Position numbers and translations under genes: made by a program | DNA from: Candidatus Puniceispirillaceae bacterium | GTDB taxonomy: Bacteria > Pseudomonadota > Alphaproteobacteria > Puniceispirillales > Puniceispirillaceae | Direction of reading: 5' to 3' | Assembly: GCA_049889795.1 (NCBI GenBank) | Contig: JBMHCS010000003.1 | Span: 101,149-165,148 of the forward strand | Length of the DNA stretch: 64,000 nt | Notes under the pieces: generated by a model | Told to the model about the DNA's origin: nothing | Database searches by the model: none | The model's input: the letters and a program-made list of their open reading frames with translations, nothing else | In this document: in pieces, positions 30,560 to 40,172 of the stretch | Position numbering within the stretch: the stretch's first letter is position 1 | Layout of the letters: each line of letters starts with the position of its first letter

Positions 30560-32092
30560 TCAAAGCGGAAGATTGTCGTGCTTGCGCGGCGGATTTTCCA
30601 ACTGCTTGTCCTGCAGCATCGACAATGCCCGTGCAATGCGCCGGCGTGAATTACGTGGCATGATAATGTCGTCCAGATAACCCCGCCCTGCAGCGACAAA
30701 CGGGTTGGCGAATTTCTCGCGATATTCGTCGGTTTTTGCCGCCAGCTTGTCTGGGTCGGCCGCATCCTCGCGGAAAATGATGCGGGCCGCGCCTTCCGGG
30801 CCCATCACCGCGATTTCAGCACTCGGCCAAGCGTAATTCACATCACCGCGCAGATGTTTTGACGCCATGACATCGTAGGCACCGCCATAGGCCTTGCGGG
30901 TAATAAGCGTCACTTTTGGTACTGTGGCCTCGGCATAGGCGAACAGCAGTTTGGCACCATTGCTAATAATGCCGCCTGTTTCCTGTGCCAGACCAGGCAT
31001 GAAGCCAGGCACATCAACAAGCGTCACCAGCGGGATGTTGAACGCATCACAAAACCGCACGAAACGTGCTGCCTTGCGCGACGCATTGATATCGAGGCAG
31101 CCCGCCAGAACCATAGGCTGGTTACCCACAACGCCAACGGTTTTCCCGTCGATACGGCCAAAACCGACAATAATATTCGCCGCATAATTCTGATGAACTT
31201 CAAAAAAATCGCCATTATCGACAATCTGCAACACAACCTCGCGCATGTCGTATGGCATATTGGCATTGTCCGGAATGATGGCATCAAGCACCGCCGACGG
31301 CCTGTCTATCGGGTCATGGCAAGGCACTTCGGGCACATCTTCACGATTAGAGAGCGGCAGATACCCCATCAGCGCGCGGGTCTGCATCAGCATTTCCACA
31401 TCATTTGCAAAGGCACCATGCGCGACGCCAGACTGACGGCTGTGCATTTTTGCGCCGCCAAGTTCCTCGGCGGTCAGATCTTCATGCGTGACAGTTTTGA
31501 CAACATCCGGCCCGGTGACAAACATATAGCTTGATCCCTCGACCATGAAGATGAAGTCAGTGATGGCAGGCGAATAGACCGCGCCGCCGGCACATGGCCC
31601 CATGATAAGAGAAATCTGCGGAATAACTCCCGACGCCAGCACATTGCGCTGGAACACTTCGGCATAACCACCAAGCGATGCCACCCCTTCCTGAATGCGG
31701 GCACCGCCGGAATCATTCAGGCCGATCAGGGGAATCCCTGTCTTGATGGCCTGATCCATGATCTTGCAGATTTTTGCTGCGTGGGTTTCGGAAAGCGACC
31801 CGCCAAGGACGGTGAAATCCTGCGAATACACAAATACTGGCCGGCCTGAAATCGTACCATAACCGGTGACAACACCATCGCCTGGCACCTTTGATTCCGC
31901 CATCCCGAAATCATGGCAACGATGCTCGACGAACATGTCCCATTCCTCAAAAGAGGCTTCATCCAGCAGCAGGGTGATCCGCTCGCGCGCTGTCAGCTTG
32001 CCTTTGGCGTGCTGTGTATCAATCCGGCGCTGTCCACCTCCAAGGCGCGCCTGTGCGCGTTTCGCCTCAAGCTCGGCAAGGATATCGGTCAT
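30560..32092 (-). CDS. pccB: Propionyl-CoA carboxylase beta subunit
   Basis: [58 protein letters not shown]. Confidence 0.95.
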   Translation of the reverse strand: MTDILAELEAKRAQARLGGGQRRIDTQHAKGKLTARERITLLLDEASFEEWDMFVEHRCHDFGMAESKVPGDGVVTGYGTISGRPVFVYSQDFTVLGGSLSETHAAKICKIMDQAIKTGIPLIGLNDSGGARIQEGVASLGGYAEVFQRNVLASGVIPQISLIMGPCAGGAVYSPAITDFIFMVEGSSYMFVTGPDVVKTVTHEDLTAEELGGAKMHSRQSGVAHGAFANDVEMLMQTRALMGYLPLSNREDVPEVPCHDPIDRPSAVLDAIIPDNANMPYDMREVVLQIVDNGDFFEVHQNYAANIIVGFGRIDGKTVGVVGNQPMVLAGCLDINASRKAARFVRFCDAFNIPLVTLVDVPGFMPGLAQETGGIISNGAKLLFAYAEATVPKVTLITRKAYGGAYDVMASKHLRGDVNYAWPSAEIAVMGPEGAARIIFREDAADPDKLAAKTDEYREKFANPFVAAGRGYLDDIIMPRNSRRRIARALSMLQDKQLENPPRKHDNLPL

Positions 32093-32204
32093 GTGACGGG
32101 TCCTGTAAAATGAAAAGCGGGCAGGTATCCCGCTAAACTATCGGATATGCGGATATGATATCAATGCCTTTCGGCCGGCATGTGAATTGTCGGCAAGCCG
32201 CCGG

Positions 32205-32648
32205 TCAGACAGGCAGACCACCATGCCGCAGCGCGCTTTTTTTGGCTTTGTTCCAATAGCGGAAAAAACGGCCAAGATCCGGGGTTGCAGCAAGGCTGAC
32301 AAAGGGCGTCTCGGCAATAGCGTCAATCTGCAGGTCAGGGCAGGTGCGACGGACCGTGGCAAGCGCTGCATGAATGGCCGGGTTTGGCGTTTCCGCCACA
32401 ACAAGCCGGCTCACATCTTCGCAGGCCGCGCGCGATGACAATATATCTGCCGTCTTGCCGGCGATGATATCAACATCCATTTCAACCAGGGTCTGATAGA
32501 TGAAAAGGCGGCGTTTGCTGCCGATAAAGGCGGCATCAAATCTGACGCTGTCCCAGATGAAGATCGCCCGCGCGCCATCGCTGGCGGCGTCAAAGACAGG
32601 ATGTGTGGCGCGCAGCGCATCTTCATGGATCCAGACAAGATCAGCCAT
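32205..32648 (-). CDS. Stand-alone photolyase alpha/beta (Rossmann-like) domain protein
   Basis: LVWIHEDALR..HP, IFIWD, KR..FIY.TL.E.., RFFRYWNKA; start overlaps the stop of the photolyase FAD-domain gene. Confidence 0.7.
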   Translation of the reverse strand: MADLVWIHEDALRATHPVFDAASDGARAIFIWDSVRFDAAFIGSKRRLFIYQTLVEMDVDIIAGKTADILSSRAACEDVSRLVVAETPNPAIHAALATVRRTCPDLQIDAIAETPFVSLAATPDLGRFFRYWNKAKKSALRHGGLPV

Positions 32649-33465
32649 GCGGGCCTCGCATATGCGGGAACAGCAGGGCTGTCAGCCGCTCATAGGATTG
32701 GTCAAGGGCAAGGTTATGGCGGGGAATGGTGTTGATGTCAGGGCCACAATATTTGGCGACATTCTCGAGATTGAAAATATAGGGTTTGTTCGAGAATGTG
32801 CTGGCAATCCACTGCCAGGACAGATTGTTGCTTGCCGGATCGCCGTCCAATAGCTGCTGCAGAAACCATCCTGCCCCGGCCTGCCATTTGATCCGCCGCC
32901 AATGAATAATATAGGCGGCAAGATACATGCGGGCATGATTGTGCAGATAGCCGGTATCGGACAGAGTTGCGATGAACTGGTCGATGCAGGCAATGCCGGT
33001 GTCCCCGGCCTTGATGTCGTCAGGCAGCGTGTCGTCATAATCCTCGGCATCAAAGCCGGTCTTGTAATCCTCAATATCAGTCCAGATGCGGTCAGGATGC
33101 GCCAGATAAATACGCTGCCAGTAATCACGCCAGGCGAGTTCCTGAATGAATTTTTCCGCTTCCTTGGCGTTTGCGACGCACGCCAGCGCGTGGTTGCGCA
33201 CCTCATCAAGACTGAGGATACCGTGGCGGATATAGGGCGACAGCCGGGTAACAGAACCATCCAGGTGATTACGGCTGGCCGCATAGGAACGCGGATCAAT
33301 TGCGGCCAGCGCAGCCTCGGCAGCCGCCCTGCCACCCGCATATGGCGCCGCCTCAATGGCGGGTGCGGCATGATCACCCGAAAGCCCGGCGACAAAGCGG
33401 GCCATGTCCGACGCGCTGTCAAATGTTTTGGGAAGAAGCGTGTAATCTGTCATAGGCGCAGACAT
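32641..33465 (-). CDS. Short photolyase (catalytic FAD-binding domain only)
   Basis: GGR.AA...L, YA..RNHL.G.VTRLSPYIRHG, F.QELAWRDYW, TG..CID, GYLHNHARMY.A, LLDGD.ASN.LSWQW. No N-terminal antenna domain. Confidence 0.9.
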   Translation of the reverse strand: MSAPMTDYTLLPKTFDSASDMARFVAGLSGDHAAPAIEAAPYAGGRAAAEAALAAIDPRSYAASRNHLDGSVTRLSPYIRHGILSLDEVRNHALACVANAKEAEKFIQELAWRDYWQRIYLAHPDRIWTDIEDYKTGFDAEDYDDTLPDDIKAGDTGIACIDQFIATLSDTGYLHNHARMYLAAYIIHWRRIKWQAGAGWFLQQLLDGDPASNNLSWQWIASTFSNKPYIFNLENVAKYCGPDINTIPRHNLALDQSYERLTALLFPHMRGPHG

Positions 33466-33550
33466 GGGGGGTCCTGCCTGCGATTCAATCCGCAACGCCC
33501 GCTAAAATGCCCGGCATCATCTCAAAACTCTTTTGCGTGAACCCTCTTCG

Positions 33551-33610
33551 GGCCCGCTGTCTTTGGGCATGCTGTCTTTGGGCCCGCTGGCTTTGGGCCC
33601 GCTGTCTTTG
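33551..33610. repeat. 15-bp-period tandem repeat, four units
   Basis: ggcccgctgtctttg / ggcatgctgtctttg / ggcccgctggctttg / ggcccgctgtctttg, between tetR and the photolyase. Confidence 0.92.
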
Positions 33611-33673
33611 GGTAAGGGGGCCGGGCAGGAGGGCCGGGCACGGGACGGCCGGAGCATTTGCCTGGTGCCGGTT

Positions 33674-34252
33674 TCAGTCTGCGTCTTGTATCTGCAACGG
33701 TTCATCGACAAGATGCTGCAACATGGCTGCAAGCCGCTTCCGGCGCTCTGCGCTTGCCATATCCTCAAGCGCTGCAATGCCGATTACGCGCCGCATCATA
33801 TCATAGCCAGCCATCACCGACAGGATCATGCCCGCACGCGCCTCGGCATGCGGACCTTCAAGCCGCAACGCAAGAGGCGCGATAACCTGTCGATCCAGGG
33901 CGTTCCGCAGTGCCGGCGCACAAGCCGGACTGGCGGCCGCCCGCACAAGCGCCGTCATAGGGTCAAAGCCACGCCCCGACTTCATATCCATGATGGCCGC
34001 CGCCCGTTCGCCAAACTGTGACATTGAGCCCCCCAGCAAGGCCCTGACCTCCAGCTTTGGGGGCACGGCTGCCAGAAACAGCCCTTCCTTGGACCCGAAA
34101 TAGCGTCCGATCAACGCCACATTGACATCAGCCAATGCCGCGATCGCCCGCAAGCCGGTACCATCATAGCCATAGCTGGCAAATTGCCGCCGTGCCGCTG
34201 CCAGAATAGCATCGGCGGTACGGGCTGAAATCGCGGGTGACTGCGCATCCAT
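33674..34252 (-). CDS. TetR-family regulator
   Basis: IL.AAR..FA..GYD.T.LR.IA..A.VNVALI.RYFGSKEGLF HTH. Confidence 0.92.
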   Translation of the reverse strand: MDAQSPAISARTADAILAAARRQFASYGYDGTGLRAIAALADVNVALIGRYFGSKEGLFLAAVPPKLEVRALLGGSMSQFGERAAAIMDMKSGRGFDPMTALVRAAASPACAPALRNALDRQVIAPLALRLEGPHAEARAGMILSVMAGYDMMRRVIGIAALEDMASAERRKRLAAMLQHLVDEPLQIQDAD

Positions 34253-34261
34253 GGCAGCACT

Positions 34262-34347
34262 TTAAACGATCGTATAATTTTTGCCATGCTGAAAATATAA
34301 ACGACCGTTTACATGAATGTTTTAGTATTTTTTATACGATCGTTTAA
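34262..34347. promoter_or_regulatory. Three equally spaced palindromic operators (likely TetR autoregulation)
   Basis: ttaaacgatcgtataa (34262-77), taaacgaccgttta (34298-311), ttatacgatcgtttaa (34332-47); centres exactly 35 bp apart. Confidence 0.75.
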
Positions 34348-34411
34348 TTTTTTTTGAAAAGGTTGATTTTTCACGGATTTCCGCCGAAAAACCCGCAGCA
34401 AATACTCACCA

Positions 34412-35395
34412 TTACCGCGTGGCAAGGATGATTTTGGGCGGCGCATGCCCTTCGTGAATATCCAGAAATGCCTGCGCCCCGGCATCAAGATCACGTATTT
34501 CGGTCCAGCCGGCGCCGCTGACGGCACCCTCTATCAAAAGACGTAGCGCCTCGGCAAAATCATCCGGCCGATAACAGTAGGTGCCCGTAAAGGTAATGTC
34601 CTGCAATGTGAACCGGCGCGTATCAAGCCCCGGCTCGGAATCTTCAAGCCCGACATGCACAATGATTCCCCCTGGCCGGACAATGGCCGATGCCGCCATC
34701 CGGGTGATGCCAGACCCGACCGCATCAAGCACAATATCGGCCGAACTGTCCGCTGCCGGCATGGCAACAGGATCGTAACTTTCACCAATATCCAGCCCGT
34801 CAAGCCGCTGGCGGCGCAGCGCATTCGGCTCGGCAATGCGAATATGCGGCCGTCCATAGGCTTTCAACACAAGCCCGCATAAAAGACCGATCGCGCCACC
34901 GCCCAGAATAACAATGCGCGCCGCTGCATCGCCGCTATGCGCGATGGCAACACGCACTGTCCGCACAGCCACCGCCAGGGGTTCGGCAAGCGCGGCATCG
35001 GAAAAGGACAGCCCGGCATCAATTTCGGTTACATTGCGATCGGGTACCACCACCTGTTCGGCAAAGGCACCGGGAAGCCGCATCCCAATCAATTCACGCG
35101 CCGCACAGAGATGCGAGCGCCCGGATTGGCAAAAGTCACATATCTGGCAGCTGATCAACGGGTTGATGGCAACAGGCTTGCCAGCATGGGGGCCGTTCCG
35201 CGCCGTGCCGACGGCTTCGTGCCCAAGAATCAGTGGCGGTACACGGCGGGCATCCTTGCCATGCCAGGCATGCATGTCAGAGCCGCAAATGCCGCAGAAT
35301 GCCAGGTCAACAAGCGTTTCTTCCGCTGCCGCAACAGGGGCGTCGGTATCGCGTATTTCGCTGGCCTTCGTGCCGGTATAGAACAATGCTTTCAT
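34412..35395 (-). CDS. hpsP: Zn-dependent DHPS 2-dehydrogenase, HpsP-like
   Basis: MKAL.YTG, GICGSDMHA..G.DARR..PLILGHE, C..C..C...C Zn site; follows an hpsO-like gene. Confidence 0.8.
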   Translation of the reverse strand: MKALFYTGTKASEIRDTDAPVAAAEETLVDLAFCGICGSDMHAWHGKDARRVPPLILGHEAVGTARNGPHAGKPVAINPLISCQICDFCQSGRSHLCAARELIGMRLPGAFAEQVVVPDRNVTEIDAGLSFSDAALAEPLAVAVRTVRVAIAHSGDAAARIVILGGGAIGLLCGLVLKAYGRPHIRIAEPNALRRQRLDGLDIGESYDPVAMPAADSSADIVLDAVGSGITRMAASAIVRPGGIIVHVGLEDSEPGLDTRRFTLQDITFTGTYCYRPDDFAEALRLLIEGAVSGAGWTEIRDLDAGAQAFLDIHEGHAPPKIILATR

Positions 35396-36153
35396 TTCGC
35401 GGTGAATCCCCCGTCAACCATCAGAATCTGCCCGGTCACATAGTCGGCTGCCGGTGAACACAGGATCAGCAACGGCCCGTCAATATCCTCCAGCCGGCCA
35501 TTACGACCAATGCACGTCTGCGCCGCATTACGTTCTGCGCGAGCATCATCAGCAAACACGGCGGCTGTCAGCTCTGTCGGGAAAAAGCCGGGGCCAATCG
35601 CATTGGTGTTGATCCCGTCCGCCGACCACGCCTCGGCCATGGCCCGGGTCATCTGTGCGACACCGCCCTTCGAGGCCCCATAGGCAATGCCACCCGGAAA
35701 AGCGCGCGCGCTTTGCAGAGATGCAAAATTGACAATACGCCCCCAGCCGCGCGCCTTTATATGCGGCAGAAGCCGTTGGCTGAGCAAAAAGGGAACTGTC
35801 AGATTCAGCCACAATGTCTGCTGCCATCCCTCTGCCGTCACCTCATCGGCCGGCTGACGCAGATTGACACCCACCGCATGAACAATAATGTCAGGCGCAC
35901 CAAAGGGCATGACCAGCTTGTCACACAGCGCATCCAGCCCGGCCTCATCCATCAGGTCGGCGGCCACATAGGCGCGCTTTCCGGCGCCGGATGCCGCCCA
36001 TTGTGCCAGCATGTCCTCGCGGCGCGCCACCCCGACCACTGCAGCCCCGGCCGCCGCAAGCGCATCGGCGCATCGCCTTCCAAGACCGCCACTTGCGCCC
36101 GTAATACAGGCGACGCGCCCGGCAACATTGAATTTGTCCGACCCTGTCGACAT
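35392..36153 (-). CDS. hpsO: SDR DHPS 2-dehydrogenase, HpsO-like
   Basis: FGAPDI.VHA.GVN.RQ.AD.VT.EGW, WGRIVNFASLQ..RAFPGGIAYGASKGG, ARAERNAAQTCIGRNG, VDGGFTAK closely resemble Roseobacter HpsO as I recall it. Confidence 0.85.
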   Translation of the reverse strand: MSTGSDKFNVAGRVACITGASGGLGRRCADALAAAGAAVVGVARREDMLAQWAASGAGKRAYVAADLMDEAGLDALCDKLVMPFGAPDIIVHAVGVNLRQPADEVTAEGWQQTLWLNLTVPFLLSQRLLPHIKARGWGRIVNFASLQSARAFPGGIAYGASKGGVAQMTRAMAEAWSADGINTNAIGPGFFPTELTAAVFADDARAERNAAQTCIGRNGRLEDIDGPLLILCSPAADYVTGQILMVDGGFTAK

Positions 36154-36189
36154 AGGCTGGTGGTGCCCCTTACTGCTAGCCTGCCCTGC

Positions 36190-36744
36190 CTAGCCGGCGA
36201 CGGCGGTCATGAAACGTTCCTTGATCATCACCGGGTCCTTGTCGATGACTGGCACCTTGATATTGCCGGACTCGCATTTGGACACAATGACCGTCGCCTT
36301 GTCGCCGGCCAGAGCGGCCTTGACCGCATCTGCCGTGTCCTCGGCACTGCATTCCACCACATAGTCACAGCCGCAAGCCGTAGCCACATCGGCGAGAGAT
36401 GTCTTCAGGCCAGCATAGGTCGTCTGGTCACCGGTCGATCCATAGCTGCCATTATCGATGATCAGCAGGATGAAATTGGGAACCTGATTATTGGCGATGG
36501 TCGGCAAGGTGCCGAGATTCATCAACACTGACCCGTCACCGTCAATCGCAATGACCTTTTTCGGCTGTGCCAGCGCGAGGCCAAGGCCAATGGACGAGGC
36601 CAACCCCATCGTGCCAAGCATATAGAAATTGGTTGGCTGGTCATCCAGCAGGTGCAATTCCTGACTTGGCAGGCCGATATTGGTCACAACCAGTTCATCA
36701 GAAATAAGCGGAATCAGCATTTTCAGTACGTCACTGCGAATCAT
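36190..36744 (-). CDS. comE: Sulfopyruvate decarboxylase beta subunit
   Basis: NIG.PSQEL, NFYMLGTMGLASSIGLGLA, ThDP motif DGDGS...DNGSYGSTG.Q. Confidence 0.9.
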   Translation of the reverse strand: MIRSDVLKMLIPLISDELVVTNIGLPSQELHLLDDQPTNFYMLGTMGLASSIGLGLALAQPKKVIAIDGDGSVLMNLGTLPTIANNQVPNFILLIIDNGSYGSTGDQTTYAGLKTSLADVATACGCDYVVECSAEDTADAVKAALAGDKATVIVSKCESGNIKVPVIDKDPVMIKERFMTAVAG

Positions 36745-36748
36745 TGTC

Positions 36749-37246
36749 TCAATATCCCTTCCAGAAGCTGGCATCCATCAGCACCGCGACGGGTTTGCGC
36801 GCCATATAGGCGTGGTTGAGAATGGCTGATAATTCGGCTGCATCCTCTTCTTTGCGGAAATGGTAGGTGGGGATCGCCAACCGGTCGAGAAGCGCCTTCG
36901 TATGGACCGCCATTTCGACCTGGCAGGCGACAGGCTCGCCAATCTCGCCACGATAGCTGATCAGCATCGGCAGCGGGATCCTGTAATACTGGATCAGTGT
37001 GGTCAACGCATTGATGGTCACACCGATAGCCGTATTCTGCATGATGATGGCGGGGCGTTTGCCGCCCATAAAGGCACCGGCGCACAGCCCCATCCCCTCA
37101 TCCTCACGGTTTGACGGGACATGAATCATGTCCTCCGACTGCTCAATCTTCTCAATCACCCCGGCAAGCTGCTTGCAGGGCACGGTCGTTACAAAGCCGA
37201 CATCATTGGCTTTCAGCGCGTCCATGATTACGTCATTTACTGACAT
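36749..37246 (-). CDS. comD: Sulfopyruvate decarboxylase alpha subunit
   Basis: TVPCKQL, REDEG.G.CAGA.MGG, MQNT.IG..IN, SYRGE.GE....Q..M. Confidence 0.9.
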   Translation of the reverse strand: MSVNDVIMDALKANDVGFVTTVPCKQLAGVIEKIEQSEDMIHVPSNREDEGMGLCAGAFMGGKRPAIIMQNTAIGVTINALTTLIQYYRIPLPMLISYRGEIGEPVACQVEMAVHTKALLDRLAIPTYHFRKEEDAAELSAILNHAYMARKPVAVLMDASFWKGY

Positions 37247-37282
37247 TCCGGTTACGTCCTCTTCACTTGGTTTCTGTCAGTT

Positions 37283-37381
37283 TCAGGCAAGATTCTCGCC
37301 CGGAAAATATTTGCGCAGGCGTGCGTCTCCCGCGCGTGCGTGGGCATCCATACCTTCCAGCCGCGAAATACGTGCCGCCGC
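37283..37381 (-). pseudogene. hpsN: C-terminal remnant of sulfopropanediol 3-dehydrogenase HpsN (histidinol-dehydrogenase fold)
   Basis: Frame reads AAARISRLEGMDAHARAGDARLRKYFPGENLA*, matching the HpsN C-terminus (ARISRLEGME.HAR.AD.RL.KYFP); no start or upstream part. Confidence 0.8.
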
Positions 37382-37497
37382 CTGAATTCCGGGGCCAGCC
37401 CGGCGGCGGCCATACCGATCACCAGCGCATTGTCTCCCGACAGAATGATATCGGCAAAAACAATCTGCAGAATATCCAACGCCCATTCCAGCGTCAT
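37375..37497 (-). pseudogene. 5' fragment of a TerC/YjbE-family membrane protein
   Basis: ATGA overlap with the GMC stop; ILQIVFADIILSGDNALVIGMAAAGLAPEFRRR is the TerC signature, then homology stops after about 41 codons. Confidence 0.8.
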
Positions 37498-39089
37498 GCC
37501 GCATCCTCCAGAATCATGTCAGCAGCCTTTTCGCCAATCATCATGGCGGGCGCATTGGTATTGCCAGATGTGATCACCGGCATGATCGAGGCATCAGCGA
37601 CCCGCAAATTCTCGACACCATGGACGCGAAGCCGCGGATCAACGACCGCCATGGCATCAGTGCCCATCTTGCAGGTGCCTGTGGGGTGATAGATGGTGGT
37701 TGCCGTATTCCGCACCCATTCAAGGATCGCCGCATCATCATCCGGCACGGACGGGCCAGGCGCATGTTCCTCGGTGATCAGGTCGCGCACTGGCTCTGCC
37801 CGGCAGATCTCGCGCGCCATCCTGACCCCAGCGACAATCGTGTCGCGGTCGGTCTGCGCTGACAGATAATTCGGATGAATGCTGATATAGTCATCCGGCG
37901 AGGCCGATTTCAGCGCCAGATGCCCGGTACTTTGCGGTCGCAACTGCAACACCGATGCGGTAAAGGCGGAAAAGGGATGGGTGCCGGCGCCCGGACGGTC
38001 GGCGCTGAAAGGCTGGATATGGAACTGGATATCCGGTGTCTCCAGCTCTGGCCGCGTTTTCAGGAAGCCGGTGCCAAGACTGGCTGCCATGGCCATGGGC
38101 CCGCGGCGCGACAACGCATATTGCAGCGCAATCCTCACATATTGTAACGGATGACGGGTTTCGATGTTGATTGTGCTTGCTGTGGTTTTGAAAACCGGAC
38201 GCGCCTGCAGATGATCCTGCAAATTCTGCCCGACGCCGGCCAGATCATGAATGACCAAGATATCCTTGTCGCGCAACGCCGCACCATCCCCGATGCCCGA
38301 CAGCATCAGCAGATGCGGTGATCCCAACGCACCTGCCGACAGCACAACTTCGCGGCCAGCCAGCAGCGTGACATCATGGCCATTCTGACGATAGACGACA
38401 CCGGTAGTACGCCGTCCTTCCATCACCAGATGGCGGATTTGGGCACCCGTAATGATTTTCAGATTCTTGCGCTGGCGTGCCGGTTTCAGAAAGGCGGCCG
38501 CGCTGCTGCACCTCTGGCCACGCCGCATCGTCATCTGAAACTGGCCGACACCTTCCTGATCGGTGCCATTATAATCATCAGTTCGCGGATATCCCAGCCC
38601 GGCAGCAGCATCGACCCAGGAATCCACCACATCACGGCGCAACCAGCCTGACGATACATTCAAAGGCCCGCCTTTACCGCGTACCTCTGACGCGTCGCCT
38701 TCCCAATGTTCCATGCGGCGGAACAGCGGCATCACGTCATCCCAGCCCCAGCCAACATTGCCAAGCTGGCGCCAATGGTCAAAATCCTGCGGCTGGCCAC
38801 GGACATATAACAAACCATTGATCGAAGAACTGCCCCCCAGCACGCGGCCACGCGGCCACGCAATCGCACGCCCGTTCAGCCCCGGGTCCGGTTCCGTGTG
38901 GTAACGCCAGTCAGTGGCCGGGTTGCCCATCGTCTTGAAATAGCCAACCGGAATGTGAATCCATGGGGACCTGTCACGCCGACCCGCCTCGAGCAAGGCA
39001 ACATTGTATCTGCCACAGGCTGATAAGCGGTTCGCCAGAACGCATCCAGCAGAACCTGCACCGACTATCACAAAGTCGAACAGCACCAT
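37494..39089 (-). CDS. GMC oxidoreductase (choline dehydrogenase-like)
   Basis: GGAGG RBS; [54 protein letters not shown]. Confidence 0.92.
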   Translation of the reverse strand: MVLFDFVIVGAGSAGCVLANRLSACGRYNVALLEAGRRDRSPWIHIPVGYFKTMGNPATDWRYHTEPDPGLNGRAIAWPRGRVLGGSSSINGLLYVRGQPQDFDHWRQLGNVGWGWDDVMPLFRRMEHWEGDASEVRGKGGPLNVSSGWLRRDVVDSWVDAAAGLGYPRTDDYNGTDQEGVGQFQMTMRRGQRCSSAAAFLKPARQRKNLKIITGAQIRHLVMEGRRTTGVVYRQNGHDVTLLAGREVVLSAGALGSPHLLMLSGIGDGAALRDKDILVIHDLAGVGQNLQDHLQARPVFKTTASTINIETRHPLQYVRIALQYALSRRGPMAMAASLGTGFLKTRPELETPDIQFHIQPFSADRPGAGTHPFSAFTASVLQLRPQSTGHLALKSASPDDYISIHPNYLSAQTDRDTIVAGVRMAREICRAEPVRDLITEEHAPGPSVPDDDAAILEWVRNTATTIYHPTGTCKMGTDAMAVVDPRLRVHGVENLRVADASIMPVITSGNTNAPAMMIGEKAADMILEDAA

Positions 39090-39230
39090 TTCCTCCAAAA
39101 TATTATTTTTTAAGACTTTTTTTCTCTTTTATTGTTAATATGCTATAGTTGAAACCATGAGCCCGTCAATGAAACAAAGTGGAATGCGTTGGAAAATGTC
39201 GATTGCGTGCATTATTCGGCCGATTATGCC

Positions 39231-40016
39231 GTGACCAATATTGATGATGATCATATGCCGCCCAATGTCCGGGTGATATATCTGCTGGAAGTGATGGCGC
39301 GGATTGGCCAGCCGGTAACACCGACCGAATTGAACAGCCATATCGGATGGCCAAAACAGACCATTCACCGGTTATGTCAGACGATGCTGAAGGCCGGCAT
39401 TCTCGAACGTCACAACAGGCGGCTCTATCCAGGCCGCCGCGCCTTGATGATGGCAACCGGGCTGGTGAACCAGGCGGCCGGCCATATCGGTGTTCATCAG
39501 GTGCTGCAGCGTGTGTCCAGACGTTTTGGTGAAACCGTCAATTTCGTGCGTCCAGAACCACAGGGCATGATCTATGTTGATCGTGTCGAAACGAACTGGG
39601 CGTTCCGCGTCGCCCTGCCCGTTGGCACACATGTGCCCTTTCACTGTACCGCCAGCGGCAAATTATTTATGTCGAGCCTGTCATCGGCCCGCCGTCGGGC
39701 CATGGTCGAGGCGCTGCCTCTGGATGCCCTGACGCCAAACACACATACCGGCCCTGACAGCCTTGCCCGTGAACTCGTTTCAATCCGCAAGGATGGGTAC
39801 AGTCTTGACCGCGAGGAATTTCATATTGGTATGGTGGCCATCGCTGTTCCCGTGACCGATACCGAGGGCCGGTTCTATGCCGCGCTTGCCGTTCATGGGC
39901 CAAACCAGCGTTTTTCACTCGAATCCGCGCGCAACAGCTTTGACGGGCTGTGCGAGGCCGCTGCCCAGATTTCTACGATTCTGTTCGAAAAAGATACGCC
40001 GGATTCAGCTGGCTGA
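39231..40016 (+). CDS. IclR-family regulator
   Basis: HTH PKQTIHRL; GETVN, P.HCTASGK, GY.LD.EEF..GM.AIAVP. Start uncertain (39189, 39231 or 39255). Confidence 0.9.
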   Translation: MTNIDDDHMPPNVRVIYLLEVMARIGQPVTPTELNSHIGWPKQTIHRLCQTMLKAGILERHNRRLYPGRRALMMATGLVNQAAGHIGVHQVLQRVSRRFGETVNFVRPEPQGMIYVDRVETNWAFRVALPVGTHVPFHCTASGKLFMSSLSSARRRAMVEALPLDALTPNTHTGPDSLARELVSIRKDGYSLDREEFHIGMVAIAVPVTDTEGRFYAALAVHGPNQRFSLESARNSFDGLCEAAAQISTILFEKDTPDSAG

Positions 40017-40172
40017 CCGCTCGGCGATGGCACGCTGACGGCGCGCCTCTTCCAGCATCTCCATGCCCAGCACACAGATCAGGTAATAGGCCGCAAACTG
40101 GTCCAGCAGCGCATCGGTCAGCGGCGTGTCAGACACATCTTCGGCCGGGGCAGATGCGTGTGGATCGGTCAT
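40005..40172 (-). CDS. Unannotated 55-aa protein coupled to the di-heme peroxidase
   Basis: ATGA overlap at 40169-40172; MTDPHASAPAEDVSDTPLTDALLDQFAAYYLICVLGMEMLEEARRQRAIAERSAS*; codon usage like neighbours (CTG, GCC, GAT). Confidence 0.6.
   Translation of the reverse strand: MTDPHASAPAEDVSDTPLTDALLDQFAAYYLICVLGMEMLEEARRQRAIAERSAS

Noticed and set aside
37252-37497. 81-aa ORF as an intact small protein
   Set aside because: It is better explained as a terC/hpsN deletion chimera.
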